Part shown: piece after piece, positions 1 through 14,368 of the stretch
How the letters are laid out: every line of letters begins with the position of its first letter
Numbering within the stretch: position 1 is the stretch's first letter
NCBI GenBank assembly: GCA_030141605.1
Contig: JAQGDQ010000014.1
Location: 434,001 to 498,000, forward strand
DNA: 64,000 nucleotides
Source: Tubiluchus corallicola
Taxonomy: Eukaryota > Animalia > Priapulida
Direction: 5' to 3'
Program-made: the position numbers and the translations under genes
The notes under the pieces: model-generated
The model's input: only the letters and a program-made list of their open reading frames with translations
The model's database searches: none
Told to the model about the DNA's origin: nothing

Positions 1-1397
1 TGAAATTATGTATTAAATGTACTTACCAACATCAACATCAACAACAACCATTATATTTTCGCTACAAAAAGACGTATCATTTATTTATAATGTAAATGTG
101 ATTCACACTATTTATAGTCTTATTTGTTTAAATTTCCAACATTTTTTTTCATTATCATTTATTTCGACATTCATTACAATGCATTATCAGTACAAATGCA
201 TTCAATACAATGTATTCCATTACAATAACACATACCAGTGTCAAAAGTATAGTCGAGGAGAACTCCACTAAGGCATTAGCCGCTACGTGGCAGACAATAT
301 TACAAGGTAAAGCCAAAATGAAGTGAAGTTATTGAAATGAGTAAAAATATTAATAATGAAATAACATTTTAATGTGATTTTCCACATCTACACTTAACGA
401 AAATATCAAAACTTTTTTTTGCAGTAGGAAATTATTTATGTCATTTTTGCTGCACACGTAACAATCCCTAATCGTATAGATATATAATTACGTGTCCAAC
501 TACTAATTTTTCATTTTCTGAATTATACTATGCAAACTATATTCACCAGCGCAAAACTATTTAACCTGAATATTAGCTGGAATTCGAAAGATGCCAATGT
601 TAAGTTAACTATTCCTTAACTATTCGTTTATAATTGTTATATTGTTTTACTTAAAAACTGATTCCAAACCCAACAAACATTTTAAAAGATTCATTTTGTT
701 TGCTGTACTATCTGTTCTATTACATGACTGTAAATGCAGCTATCAGTCTAGGCGACTCTGATTATCACTATGATTTAATTAACAGCAGTAGCAGCAGCAG
801 CAGCGAAATGTGTGGCTTCTTTGTTTTTGCACAGGCGTGTAGTTGATAAACTGCAGGCAAACATGATCTTTCTTACAGCGTTGCAATTTGTATTGCTGAT
901 GGGTACGTTAAACGCAGGGCAGGATGACCCTATAGGCTAGCATAGGCTGACGTCTAGTACTCATTTGGTATAAAAACATGTTATTTTTCGCTACGGTTAT
1001 GTTGAAATATGTGCTAATTTGGTTTATAATAAATAGTAAAATATTGATATTTTTTAAAGAATGTTTTACTGACAAGCAGAAGATAGCTATTCTTCTGTAT
1101 TTAAAGAATTTGCAATAAATTTACTTCAAGCTATATAAATGTCGCTAAAATATATCATGTGTAAAATATTCAAGACGGGTGCGAGCGTGTTTTAGAGTGG
1201 GGGAGGGCATAATTTCATTAGCCAAGAAGCTCAAAAAAGGTCGTAATTTGGCTCTGATTATAGGTGCAAATGTAGGGTTGTAATCCGAGAAATCTAGTCA
1301 TAGGTAAAAAAAATCTTATTTATGATTTTTTTAAACGGCAATCGGCAAATGCGGTGATTGTTTAGGTTGATCATGCTTAATAACTACTAAAAGAATA

Positions 1398-1710
1398 GCA
1401 GCATCAACCACTAGCACCAGCAACAACAACACAACTGTTACAAACCACCACCATCGGTAGCAACAACACAACCACTATCAGCAGCAGCAACAACACAAGC
1501 ACCATCAGCAGCGCAACACCATCAACATCACCACCATCACCGTTTCCACTGCCACCAATGCTACCACCACCACCACCAACATTAGCAGCAGAAGCAGTAA
1601 CAACAATAGCAGCACCACGAACAACAGCAGCAGTAGCAACAACAGAATCAACGTACGACTAAGCTAACAGTAGCAATTGCAGAAAGATAACAACAGTAAC
1701 GCAGTGACGA
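1398..1710. repeat. Degenerate (CAN)n low-complexity tract
   Basis: Mixed cag/cac/caa triplets. Confidence 0.8.
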
Positions 1711-4700
1711 CAACAATTACATGAATGTAGGGCGTTTACAATCTAAAGGTGTGATAAATTTTAATTGTTGTAATTGTAATTGGCTGATCATTTACCAGTT
1801 TAATTTTTTGTTGCATAGTAGTTAAACCTTTTCAGTGCTTTTCTGAAAATTTTCCTTAGAAAACGTAGCAGATTATTGAGTAAATTGGAACATTGGTTGC
1901 TGTCCCTTAGTATCACCTTTTCCAAACCTTTTCAACAGGAATTAAGAAGTTTTGATGAACTTTTGGGAGATAATTATGTGCAAATGTGTACTTTGTCTTC
2001 CATTGAAGCAAAGGGGTTGGCCATGCAGTAATTACCCTAATACAATAAAGAAAACAACTATATTCTTTCAAGGAGAATAACTTATTTCGAGTAATCTGAA
2101 TTAAAAATCAGGTCAACACCTACACATTGTGAACTTCAATTCATATATAATATTAATGGGCACTTTGTAAGTCGGAAAGTCCTGTTCGCAGACCTACTCT
2201 TCTCCGCGTATCCTGGACGGTGTTTGTTCTGCGCAGTCGTCAATAAGTTCTTGGAATGTAGGTCTTTGGTAAATAGTTGCACTATTGGGTGCATTGACGT
2301 CACTATTTGTACTCTTAGCTTTCACAAGAGATGGTGGTTTACGCTTGTTGCTGCCTAGACATCTCGCAGCTACAGAAAGTCTATTTTTGGCATTCTTCTC
2401 TTCTTTTACCCGAGAGTATTTTCCACTTAGCATTTGATTAAGTCTTATTCCTTGGTGACTCTAAGAAGTTTTCAATCTTTGTACGGATGTTTGAAGTTTC
2501 CTTTGCCGTTTAGCTGCTGCTTTTTTGACACGTTTTCATGTAATTGCTGAAATATGCTTTATCAAAAGACAATAGTTTGCGCTCTTATTAAACGATGCAC
2601 TAGGCACGTTTTAGAACACAAAAGCTTTGTAATACCCCTACCGTAACCGAGTCCCATGTTATTTATTATCATTTTTAATGTCGTATAACTTATAAGTACA
2701 CTTACATAAACATTACACACTTAGTAATTAATTTGGAAGGGTTTAACGCCTTATGCAGCAAACAAAAAACACATTATTCATGTTTACAGGGTCTTACATT
2801 GAAAGGCTGTGTCGGCTATTTATAGGTTATACTTCAGCAATCCAGCTATGATTCTACGGAGAATTCTGTATTTACAACCTCTAAATATTCACGTAATATG
2901 GAAATTCTCAGGTAAATGAGTGTGTATCAATGTAATAATGACACTTTTGCATTAAAACGGAATTTCTAAAAAATAATTTTGATTTTCGAGGGTTTTTAAG
3001 CATAGTAGACGGGAAAAACGCTTTTGCCGAGGCTCGACCTAAATGGCTTTTCATCTGGTTGTGTTCTTGCTTTATTAAACTGTTCACATTTTTATGTCTC
3101 CGATCTCCGATATGATGCGCTCTACAAATAAAAAATATTCACGGTAATAGGCCTTACTATACTTTTTAATATCATTGAACAGAACTATTAACATTATTTG
3201 AGGCATCTTGTACGCATGCGCTTTTGAAGACAATGAAGAGCTAGATGTTATTCAATAGAGAGAGAAAAACTGGCGAAGTAGGGAAACACTCTTTTATTAT
3301 TTGCCAGTGTTTTCAAACATTGAATTGTTGACGGATTTATTTTACCCATGACCTTTGCAGTGGTAACGCTGACGGATTTCCCAAGAGTTTTGCTGCTTCG
3401 AAAGTTTAAGTGCGAATAAAATAATTAAGTTTCCATAATCATGATACTGTCCTTTCAGTTGACAGACAGTTCGCTGATGCTTTAGTCGTGGATAAAAATA
3501 CAGTTGTTTTTAGCAATGGCACATTTTTGCTGTTTAAATTTATGGAATTATGGATAATCAACGGTAAAATGTAATTTTGAAACTAGAAAGATGTAACTTT
3601 GTGACTATAGTTTTTTAAAGGTTCAGTATTGTAAGTTAGCAAAAGCAGAGTTTCCCATAATAATAACAGAAAAACTATAATAACTGACGAAGAGTGATAT
3701 CATGAATAAAAATTCGCTCGAGTTTTCGACGTTTAGACAGCGAAAATAGTCGATGTTAATGCTTTGTTGTATAAGATTATGGGGGAAACCTGGAAAAGTA
3801 ACAGTATAAGTGCATTCTGAAACTGCAATGGGTTATTTTTATATTTTTTTCCAAAATTTATTTTTCATTTCGCATCAGTAGTACTGTCTCAACGTGTTCT
3901 AGCAATGATAAGCTTTGGCTCATCGACAAGTGGCCGTGTGGAAGCTGACACGACGGTATTATTGGTGTATTTTAGTTTACCCCAATTTCAGTCTTTCTTT
4001 TTGCCTAAACGTTATAAACTACCTCTGATATTTGATAAGCCAATGTATATTTCTCGTAGCCTTCTGTGTTGATGTCTGAATTCTGCTTTGAATTACCTTT
4101 TTCTCCTCAGTGTTTGTAAACAAGACTTTTTAGATTATAACAATTTTGTGCTACACTTTTCTGTGTGTTTTACCATTCTCATTAACAAGTCTGTTTTTCT
4201 GCTTTGATCACCTTAGCACATAGATTTTAACTAGCCCGTTTTCTAAGGATGCCCTCCCAAACGAAAAAGTTGCAAAAATGCTTTAGAACTGGAGACGCGA
4301 ACTCAGTGTACAATTTATTCAGCTTTTTTTTATTGTAATCGACAACAAGCTGCGTAATTTCATCACTCTACCGAAGGTGTCGCAGCTGTCGTCTGGTGTC
4401 ATCATGCTTCTTATTAGCGAGATGTATGCTGCTCATTAATAAAACGATTGGGGAAAATTGTGCGGGCTTTTTAACGCTTGCTTATGCAGCACGCGCTCGC
4501 TGCACCGTCGAGGCAGCTTATTGTTAATGAAGCCAGTTATCCATACGTTGGAAATAAATAAATCCGCGAGAACGCAATCAATATAACTGCGTGTTGACAT
4601 CTCCTCTCTCATGTACGCTGTGATTTCTGCATTGTGTACAAGGGACCAGCCATATTATAATCATCGATGCAGAAGCGTAATTATGAAGGCCTAGTTATTA

Positions 4701-5059
4701 GGAAAACATGTAATGCCCGACCAGTATGACTTCTGTACTTCAGGAGAAAGGTGAAATAGTAGTAATTAAAACAGTGAAATAATTATTATAGGCCTATGTA
4801 TAATGAAAATGAACTTTTCCAATCAAGGTATTAGTAAATGTTTGGCTTACGTATAGTATGTTTCCAATGAATAAATCGTAATTGTTAATAACTGTACATC
4901 AATTGTTGTACATTACTTGCACAGCCACTAAAATTGCTCAAGATGTGACATGTTTTAAGCATTTTCTAACATTTTCTTTTTGTTTTGATTCTGTTGACCG
5001 ACTTGTTATGATAAAGCATTAATCAACAACTTTGATTTGTTAACTGTTAGTCACATAAA

Positions 5060-5400
5060 CCAGTCAGACAGCTAGTGAGTCTAGTCAGTCAGTCTTGAGT
5101 GAGTCAGTTAGCCAGTCATGGTATCGTTCGTTCGTTCGTTCGTTCGTTCGTTCATTCATTCATTCATTCATTCATTCATTCATTCATTCATTCATTCATT
5201 CATTCATTCATTCATTCATTCATTCATTCATTCATTCATTCATTCATTCATTCATTCATTCATTCACTCATTCAGTCAGTCAGTGAGTCAGTCAGTCAGT
5301 TACTCAGTTAGTCAATCTGTCAGCAATTTACTCAGTCAGTATGTGAGTCAGTCATTGAGCCAGCTATTCAATCAACCATTCAGTCAGTCAGTCAGTTAGT
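5060..5400. repeat. Compound tetranucleotide microsatellite (TCAG)n-(TTCG)n-(TTCA)n-(TCAG)n
   Basis: Directly visible; pure (TTCA)n at ~5151-5266. Confidence 0.95.
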
Positions 5401-5945
5401 CACTCAAACGGAGAATTAATCACATAGTCAACTAACTAATAGATTGATTTTCAGACACTGAAAATACAGTCACCAGCAAAATTCTCTGCTCTATTCAAGA
5501 AAAATCCACGATAGTGATGTCTTGACCTCTATATTTACTCAACGATTACACTTCATGAGTGATCATTAAAAATTAACGTCCACACGTCTCCACCTCCACA
5601 ATGACTGCTAATAATGTTACATGCAGCTCTATGATCTCTTGTCGGGATGATTCTCCAGGCACTTTTTTTGTTCCGCGTTAAAAGAACCGCATTATGAAAA
5701 TCATTAAAACCGGAAGACCGAGGTTGAGGCTGAAAGGATAAACCGCCCGCGGCTCGTGTGAATGACGCCAGTTCGATACTGGTTGTGGTTGGTATCATTC
5801 ATAAATCTTAGTTGGTAACCTTGTAGAGACGGGGATGGCTGAGGCATCTCCAGTTGGTTCAGTGGCCTATCCTGCCAGGCTTAGGTCATACCACAAGCAT
5901 CTTATTGAGTAGCATTTGAATGCTTTCTAATGTTCAGGGCGCCAA

Positions 5946-6079
<134 letters not shown>

Positions 6080-6189
6080 CTTTATTTGAAGTCGGCTTTT
6101 TGGATCAACAATTAGCATAAGGTCAAAGAGCTTTTGGGCCGAATGTAAAAAACAAACTACAACTACACAACAGGGAGTAAAATTAGAAC

Positions 6190-6298
6190 ACTTTTACCCT
6201 AAATACCACGCGTCAGGCAGGGCAACAGTTGGTACCATTTTTAAAGTCTTTGATATGACTTGGGCGCTGTATCGGACGCGTTACCACTAGACTAAACC
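6190..6298 (-). mobile_element. tRNA-derived SINE fragment with Meta-like central domain
   Basis: Minus strand: A-box-like tagtctagtggtaacgcg, then gtcatatcaaagactttaaaaatggtaccaactgttgccctgcctgacgc, resembling the MetaSINE core as recalled (not database-checked). Confidence 0.55.
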
Positions 6299-6523
6299 GT
6301 CTGGTTAAACCAAATGCATAAAAATGACAAACGTCAATGAATACATGAAAGTGCTATCTTTTAGGAATCAAAACGTTGCTTACTGAGTGCAGTCGAACGT
6401 TTCGGCATGAATGCCATATCCAATGCTAAAAATTAAACTAAAAGAAATTATTACTACTTTTATAACACTAAAATTACCAAGGCATTAAAAGCCATTACAA
6501 AATCAGAAAAGCGAAAACGAATC

Positions 6524-6610
<87 letters not shown>

Positions 6611-6656
6611 CAGTAGTAGTAGCAGTAGCAGTAGCAGTAGCAGTAGCAGTAGCAGC

Positions 6657-6730
<74 letters not shown>

Positions 6731-6836
6731 TAGTGGTAGTAGTGGTAGTAGTGGTAGTAGTAGTAGTAGCAGCAGTAGCAGTAGCAGTAGCAGTAGCAGT
6801 AGCAGTAGCAGTAGCAGTAGCAGTAGCAGTAGCAGT

Positions 6837-6895
<59 letters not shown>

Positions 6896-6897
6896 CA
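6524..6897. repeat. Compound (AGT)n/(AGTAGC)n/(AGC)n microsatellite
   Basis: Directly visible. Confidence 0.97.
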
Positions 6898-8569
6898 AGT
6901 TTATTCTCCATAATAAATTATATGCTTTTACTACAGTAAATCAGTTTTTGCAATTAAAAAAAATTTACGAAGCGTTTTTAAGTACAATGACGTGTGTCGT
7001 GTCAGATTAAATATTTTAAATTTTTCAGTGACCGCAGAAACTATTTACAAGAGCAGCACGAAAAAGAAATGAATTTTAAAAGAATACGAGATTTGCATAT
7101 TTCTGTACAAAGTAAACATCGCGAAAATTTATGTATTTGTAAAATAATTGTTTTTCCTGTAATGACTTTATGTCTATATCAGAACCTCCATTGAGTAAAC
7201 CTAGCTCATTCTAGTTCCTTTTTGTCTTACCGTGTTCGTGGATACCCATAGAAAGGATATTGCTTTATGTAGGATGTACGTATTTAAAAGGACGTAAAAT
7301 TCCTATCCTGATTCGTTGCCGTGAACCATTTCTTAAGCATCCGGGCGGTTTGATTATGCTTGTCACAAAATGGCCAATGTATTTGCATCTAAATAGATTT
7401 AATCAGCGCGAAGTTATCTCTGAAATCGTTCACTGCTTGATTTTATTTAGCACTTTTATTGAAATGCGTGCCACAGTTGGTGATAACCGTCTTTGTCATA
7501 GAATTTTTTTAACGGAATTTTTTTAAAATGAAGTTTTTTAATGAAGTTTGTTCGAAAGGAAGTTTAGTTTGAAAGAGACTTCATTTACCATTTAACAATA
7601 ACAATCACATAAGCGTGGAAAGACTATTAACAACAAGATGCAACATTTTTAAATAATTGATATTAAAAAGTGAGAACCCTCCATAAGAATACAGACCCCC
7701 AACCGGTCACATTAAGTCACTGCGGACATTTTTAGATTATATGACTTTGACTTTAGACCTTTTGAGCAAAAAAAGGACTGAGTTTTCAGGTTTTACTTAC
7801 ACCTAAACAATTAAATGCAAATTTTGTAGAAGTTTTTAATGTTCAGTAAAATTAAATGGGAGATTTCATGTAGTTTCTTGTACGAAACCACATGAAATAA
7901 AAAAGAAAGAGAAAGAGTGAACTCTTTTCTATCACGCATGGTTGAACATGAAACACAGGCTTAACAAATTTTATTTATTGATTGGGAACTTTATTTCGAA
8001 TTTATCGATAAAAGACACATTTAGTACCGGGTGATGTGAATAGTGGTTACTTTGTGCGATTACCGGCTGAACACTAAAGCTGTTCTCTGAATGGATAGCT
8101 GACCGCCAAGTTAATTAACCTTTTTTTATTATTTTTTGTAATATAAATAATTGTAAAAGTTTTATTTGAAAATGTGCTGAAAGTTTTGCATGCGGTAAAA
8201 GCAATTTCGCGACTGGTGTACTGGGAAGCTTTCACAGGTTGCCACGTCTGTAGACCTGAAGATTTTATTATAGTTATCGAAGTTAGTAAAATTTTCACTG
8301 AATTTAGTGGGGCCGAAAGCATACTTAACTATTTACTTCACATAGTAATGGTAATTTTGGATTATTTTTCTCTTATAGCGCTATCTATATCGCCTTTTGA
8401 AGTATAGATGGCGCTGTAGGTGAAAAATTTAAGAGGCATTCAGCGTCAGGCAAAAAATAGTGGTTGCTGGCATTATTCTCTAAGAACATGGGTAATTGCA
8501 GAAACAAATTCTTTAAAAAGCCTCTGCAATTTTAGTACATTCTAATTTCTTGAAATTTGATATTTGAAT

Positions 8570-10430
8570 CTGTAAAACATTCGTTGTTCTCGCTTCATTG
8601 TTATGTGTAGTAAACTGTTTATTGTAAAATGCTTATACATGACTGAAAACGAAATTAATAATGAAGCTTTAGCTAATGAAGAGCGGTTCTGTCAATATTG
8701 TTTAGAGACCATCTTTCCATTGAATACGACTGAAGACAAAAAAAGAATTTACTAGTCAAAATGGTAAAACGCTTATGAGGATCAAAAGTTAAATGTACAA
8801 TAGTTTTTTTCCACAATTTGAATTAGATGAAATCATTAAAGGAAGACAGGATGATCTTTCATATAGTACACCATTTTCAAGTCCGATGAAAAGTATACAT
8901 TTTAACACAAATAATACTGCAAAAGCGTTTCTGATAATTAAATAATAGATTAAAATCTTAATTAACGGCGGGCGAGCCCAACTTTTGATGACATCACAGA
9001 AGAACATAATTTTCAACAGCAAAGATATTCCACGAGCGTGTTGCCGGTGTTTGCGAAAGCGAAAATTAAAATACAGTGCTACTGTACAACATTCAATGTA
9101 ATATACAAAAACTCGGCGAATTTTAAAATAAAAATTAAAATTTAAAATTTACCGCTGCGCTCGCGCATGAGCTGTCGCACGTATTCACAAACGAACACCT
9201 CTGTACTGAGAGGTACAGCACCTGTTTTTTGTGCAAAGAGTTTTCGAAGTGCAGGCGCCAGTGCCCTTCTAAGTAGCGAATGGCGAAATGCAAATAACAG
9301 CGTGACGCGAACTCGAAATTGCCTTTTTGTGATAATAATTCTTTCACATAAGTCATTTTTGAAAAAACAGTCTGTTTTCTTTCAATATTTTAAAAAGTAG
9401 ATTGTTTTGACATACAGTTTAAGATTGGGTCCGCTTTAAATATTAATTAAGTCAACTTGATGCGGATACTAATTATTGCAATGAAATGTTGTTAAATTGT
9501 GCATATTACGACGAAAACTTGTTCTTTAATTCACAATGGGTAAAGGTAATTTATCGTTAATGCACTTGAACATACCATGTCTTCCAACTGGTTTTAATAA
9601 AGTTTTGCATTATTTGAAAACTATTAGCCCAATGTTCACCTATTTTTCTGAAACTTGGCTGAATGAAGATAATCATAATGCTTTTTGAAATATACAGTTA
9701 TAGTCAAGTTAGCCAGATTAGAAAAAATGGCGCGATAGTGGCGTCATTATATTTACATAATCGTATGCAGTTTGATACCACAAATGATTTGATTGTAAGA
9801 GACTCCACTATGTCAAATTTTGTTTGTTAAAGTAACAAATCACTTCGCGGAAAGTAAGAATACTGGGGTAGTGTATACAGGCCCCAACTTGCAATAGTGA
9901 CGAATTTAACGAAAAGTTAAATTCAGTTTTAGAACGTATTAAAAGGGAAAACAAGAAACCGCATTTCAGTTTGAGCACATATAGGCCTCTGATTTACATT
10001 TGCCTTCTTAAGAATTTTTTGAAATGTTGTACTCCTATGCTTATTTTCCACCTATAAACTACAGTAACGAGCCATATGACAACGGGTATTGACAATATTT
10101 GTGATTAACGACTTTTATAACAGTTATTATGGCATTCTTACTTTGTATTAATATTAATATTCGTAATTGTATATATTAACATAATCGCATAAATAATATT
10201 ACGTAAATCTGAATATTTTGTAGTATAAACAGACGTTTTGCTTTGCAAAGCCAAGAACGTGCTTATTACAACGTGAATTTACTGAAGCAAAAAGCAAGCA
10301 TTTTGAAGCTTTTTCAAAAGGTACTAAGCAAAAGAAGAAAATCTATGAAGTGCATTTAAAGTCGCCCAAAGCAAGCCGTGTACAAACATTATAAGAATAA
10401 GGTTACGGCTTTGTTAAGAACTACTGTCGA
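8570..10430 (+). mobile_element. Decayed CR1/L2-group LINE ORF2 5' part (PHD-like + apurinic endonuclease), interrupted by a DNA element
   Basis: Frameshifted fragments in the expected order: FCQYCLETIFPLN (~8690), NCAYYDE and LMHLNI (~9500-9575), SETWLNED (~9650), ILGVV..EFNEKLNSVLERIKRENK (~9860-9955), LYSYAYFP..GIDNI (~10030-10100), YKHYKNKVTALL (~10380). Confidence 0.7.
8955..9435 (-). mobile_element. Non-autonomous DNA transposon fragment (Kolobok-like end TTAA|AG), copy 1, inserted in the LINE
   Basis: Aligns by eye along its length, in inverted orientation, to 32622-33123; ends ccgct followed by ttaa at 9436-9439. Confidence 0.65.
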
Positions 10431-11119
10431 GTACTAAAACCATGGTGAAAAATATAGTATAATACTTTGATAATGCTTAATAAAATTTACTGTGCATTAT
10501 ACGTTTCATTTATTTTAATAAATTTGGCCTTATATGGTCTGGTGACTTCATGACCAGCTATAATTGAATCTTGAAAATAATGTATTTTATTGATCAGAAG
10601 CTTATTTTTATATCAAATTTTTATTATTAACTATCACGTTCATACCCTTCGTTTTATTTTTTTGTATTTACTAACGTAAATACTGTATTGTGTGCATGGA
10701 CACTTTTTATAGCAATAAAATGAAACTTAAACTGAACTTAAAGCAAAAAAGTGAATTGAAAATCATTGCACTCAGCGTTAGTACGTTCTGGTCCAGTGTC
10801 TAGGAAATTATTTGGGAAATTAGGTACGTGGAACTGGCTAAGATACCTCAGTGTCACTCCTTAGTTGATTATCCTTGACAATGAGCAAAGTTCCTGTCCC
10901 ACTACAGCCATCTAAATTCTACCTTACGTATATTTGCCGTACCATAACAAACAAATCAACAAGCCGTGTATTTATGCAAATAAATGGTAGCCAATATCCA
11001 CTCTGCAAAGCCAGCTATCTACTGGATTTACACGAGTCATTTGTATTAGGTCAGCGATTATGCCTTGTGAATTATTAAGCTGTAGTCTCATGCAGGTAGC
11101 TTGACATGACCTGTCCTAA

Positions 11120-12500
11120 ATCCAGGTAATAAAGTCGCATGCAAAAAAGTCGTAGGTAAAAAATTCAGAAAAAAGTCATAAGAAAAAGTGTATGATAAGT
11201 CATAAGAAGAGAGAAATAGTCCTAACCTTAAACCTGACCCTAATCTATTCCTAACCCTAACCCTAACCTCAGTCCTAATCCCTAACCCTAACCCTAGCCC
11301 TAAACTATTGAATAAAACGTGATTTTTTTCTACACACACATATAATGTCATCACATATAAACAGTGTTGTCAATATGTACAAGTCATGTATTGCCAGTTA
11401 ATAATTTATTTAAAATATTTAGTGTTTTATTACTTTCATTGTTTATGGTACTTAAATAAATTGTGACTGACTTGGATATTTTTTGTTTGATTACCAACAG
11501 ATCCTGTAAGCGCATCATAATTAACGCCGTACATGCAAAGTCCAACAACAAATTAGCTCATATTAAATTGCACTGTAGGCAAATTTGAATAATGATGTAA
11601 AAATATAAAATTATCTTTATGTCAGTATCATGCCATAATGCTGAATTGTTCATATTTGTTATATTTCCACTGTACTGTTGGTTTTGGAGCACTCTGTGCG
11701 TTGTTGCGTACGGACATGCGGCAAGCCTATTATTGCGTCAGTTCTGTTTTACATCAACAGAACGAATTTAGGAAAAACTTTTTCCTGTAAAAAGCGAGCA
11801 AGCGTTTATTCCCAAGGCACTTGTTTCACACATGTTCGCTAGCAGTCATAATAATCAACTTTAGAAATGCTTCACTAGTATCAATTTTTTGACCAAATCC
11901 ACATAGGTCTACTGTACATAATCTACATACAATAGTTTTAATAAAATGAAGGATGAATACTTCCAATATGTTGTTGTTATCAAGATTTACATGTGCATTC
12001 TTGAATGCTATTTATGTGAACTTTCAATTGAGTTAGGCGAGGGGGGAGGGGGTAGGTGCCACAACATTTATACGGCTGGACGATGCATTTGCACTTGGGG
12101 AAATGAGTGTATAATAGCAGAATCTGTTTGTAAACAAAAAAATTGTTCATTATAAACAATTTGTGCCTTATAAACAATTCCTACCGATCCTAGCCAGTTG
12201 CTGCGAAAAACTGATACGCGTTGCTTGTATGCATAAAATTCCTAACAAGCCAGACAGTAGTTGGTTCGGTGACCGGTAATATAGTTACAGAAAAAAGTTA
12301 CAGGAAAAAGTCACAATTAATTTATGGTAGCCACAAAGTAACAATTTTGGCTAGGAAAGAAGGTCTGGTATATAATGTTATGTATGTGAAAAAAATCACG
12401 TTTTGTTCATTATCCTAGGGTTAGGGTTTTATTATTGTGATTTATATTACTTTATACTGTGATTTATTATTGTGATTTATTATTTATACTGTGATTTTAT
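11120..12500. mobile_element. Foldback-like element with long imperfect inverted arms containing (CCCTAA)/(TTAGGG) motifs
   Basis: Left arm cctaaccctaa...aataaaacgtgatttttttc (11220-11345) is the reverse complement of right arm gaaaaaaatcacgttttgttca...tagggttaggg (12388-12426); both sides carry aaaaagtca/tgtgattt subrepeats. Boundaries approximate. Confidence 0.5.
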
Positions 12501-13008
12501 TAGATAGATTCGTTGGTTCATACAACACTTTGCTTAAAAGCCATGCTGAGCTTGTTCTTCGTGGTAGGTGCTTTAGAACAAGACAAAGAAGACTTAGACA
12601 ATTATCTTTTTTCCTAAAATCCTTGTCAGAACACTCTATTGCTTTGCCTCTTTGCGGAGGTATTATGACGAGCAGTCAGGCATTACATTTGTATACAAAT
12701 GGACTGTAATAATTAGCGTTAATGTTGATTTGACTAATCAATAGACACTTAGGTTAGCAAGGTGTAAACGCAAATGCAGGTGCACAGTGCATAATGACTT
12801 GGAGAGGCGAATAACGGAACAGGCAACCGTAAATCAGAACACGTGCTTTACTTTGATTGATGCGTTCCCCTTTCACAGTACCTGAATATTTTGTGGTTAG
12901 ATTTTTTGTGCAGGTTGCATTGGTAGAGTAATTAGCATTTTAGTCTAAACTCGTCTTCTCAGATTTCAAATTTATGGTGAACATAGCTGTAACTGTTTGT
13001 ATTATTAC

Positions 13009-13102
<94 letters not shown>
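13009..13102. repeat. (AAT)n microsatellite
   Basis: Pure tract. Confidence 0.97.
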
Positions 13103-13104
<2 letters not shown>

Positions 13105-13254
13105 ATGTGAGTGAAATATATATGAACTGAACTAAATTGCAGGTAGCAGTGCAGTGTAATGGGCATTATAATCTGAACTCCTCACATCAGCATTCAAATT
13201 TATTGTGAAAATAGTAACTGTATGTCTTAATAATGATGCTTATACTACTGAGAG

Positions 13255-13256
<2 letters not shown>

Positions 13257-13302
<46 letters not shown>
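13257..13302. repeat. (AT)n microsatellite
   Basis: Pure tract. Confidence 0.97.
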
Positions 13303-13305
<3 letters not shown>

Positions 13306-13384
13306 CAGAAGTTTTTACAGTTTCTGCTGTTATTACTATTGAAGCTCATGATATCGCTATAGAAACCATCACCATCAGCATCGT

Positions 13385-13734
13385 TATCATTATCATTATC
13401 ATTATCATTATCATTATCATTATCATTATCATTATCATTATCATTCTCATTCTCATTATCATTATCATTATCATTATCATTATCATTATCATTATCATTA
13501 TCATTATCATTATCATTATCATTATCATTATCATTATCATTATCATTATCATTATCATTATCATTATCATTATCATTATCATTATCATTATCATTATCAT
13601 TATCATTATCATTATCATTATCATTATCATTATCATTATCATTATCATTATCATTATCATTATCATTATCATTATCATTATCATTATCATTATCATTATC
13701 ATCATCATCATCGTTATCGTCACCATCATCATCA

Positions 13735-13765
<31 letters not shown>
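13385..13765. repeat. (ATCATT)n hexamer grading into (ATC)n and (GTC)n
   Basis: Directly visible. Confidence 0.97.
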
Positions 13766-13770
13766 AGAAG

Positions 13771-14368
13771 AGCTACGCTATTTAGTGTAATTAGACTGTG
13801 TGAGACTAATTTTGAAATCAACTTCAAACGTACACTATCAAAATTAGTCTATATTAGAAAATCTGTGTTAGTCTAATTTCCACACAAACAACTTTCATAG
13901 GATTTTTTCACTCCAATATGGAGTTTATTTTTTATGAAATTCAAATGACAGTAACAATGTCTCGCTTTTCAATCAGAATCCTTCTTCAGCTGGCTTAGAC
14001 TCTGAGCTAGAGTTTCTTCTCGAACCTACTTGCTATTGAACTTTTCTTAGTATTTTGCTACGTTTTCCTGCAACACGGGGTTCAGTTGCATTGTATTCCC
14101 ATTTGCCGCCCGCATCCAACGCCAAACCAGTGCGTATTATTGCTTTCCTGGCAAAAGTCGTGCAGTGCTCATCTTGCTGATTATTTACTGCTCGTACAGA
14201 ATCGGTTGCCACATTGCATAAGCCTCTGTTTCATGTGTTCAACACCTGCACTGCGCAGTGCAACACAGACTAATTTTACACCGGAAGAAGACACAAAAAG
14301 TTCATTTTAAAATTAGTCTGTGTGAGACTATTTTTCTACACAGACTAGTTACACCAAACAGTACAGCT
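13771..14368. mobile_element. MITE, ~600 bp, with imperfect terminal inverted repeats
   Basis: Left agctacgctatttagtgtaattagactgtgt versus reverse complement of right end agctgtactgtttggtgtaactagtctgtgt; subterminal agactaatttt/aaaattagtct repeats on both sides. Confidence 0.6.

Noticed and set aside
835-950. Short signal-peptide-like ORF MIFLTALQFVLLMGTLNAG with flanking acceptor and donor
   Set aside because: No recognisable homology, its phase-1 donor does not match the phase-0 NALF exon, and it could arise by chance.
2100-2680. Possible LINE reverse-transcriptase remnant on minus strand (a similar hint at 18325-18530)
   Set aside because: Only vague motif resemblance; cannot be assigned without a profile search.
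11220-11303. True telomere or fusion site
   Set aside because: Short, degenerate and embedded in an inverted-repeat element.
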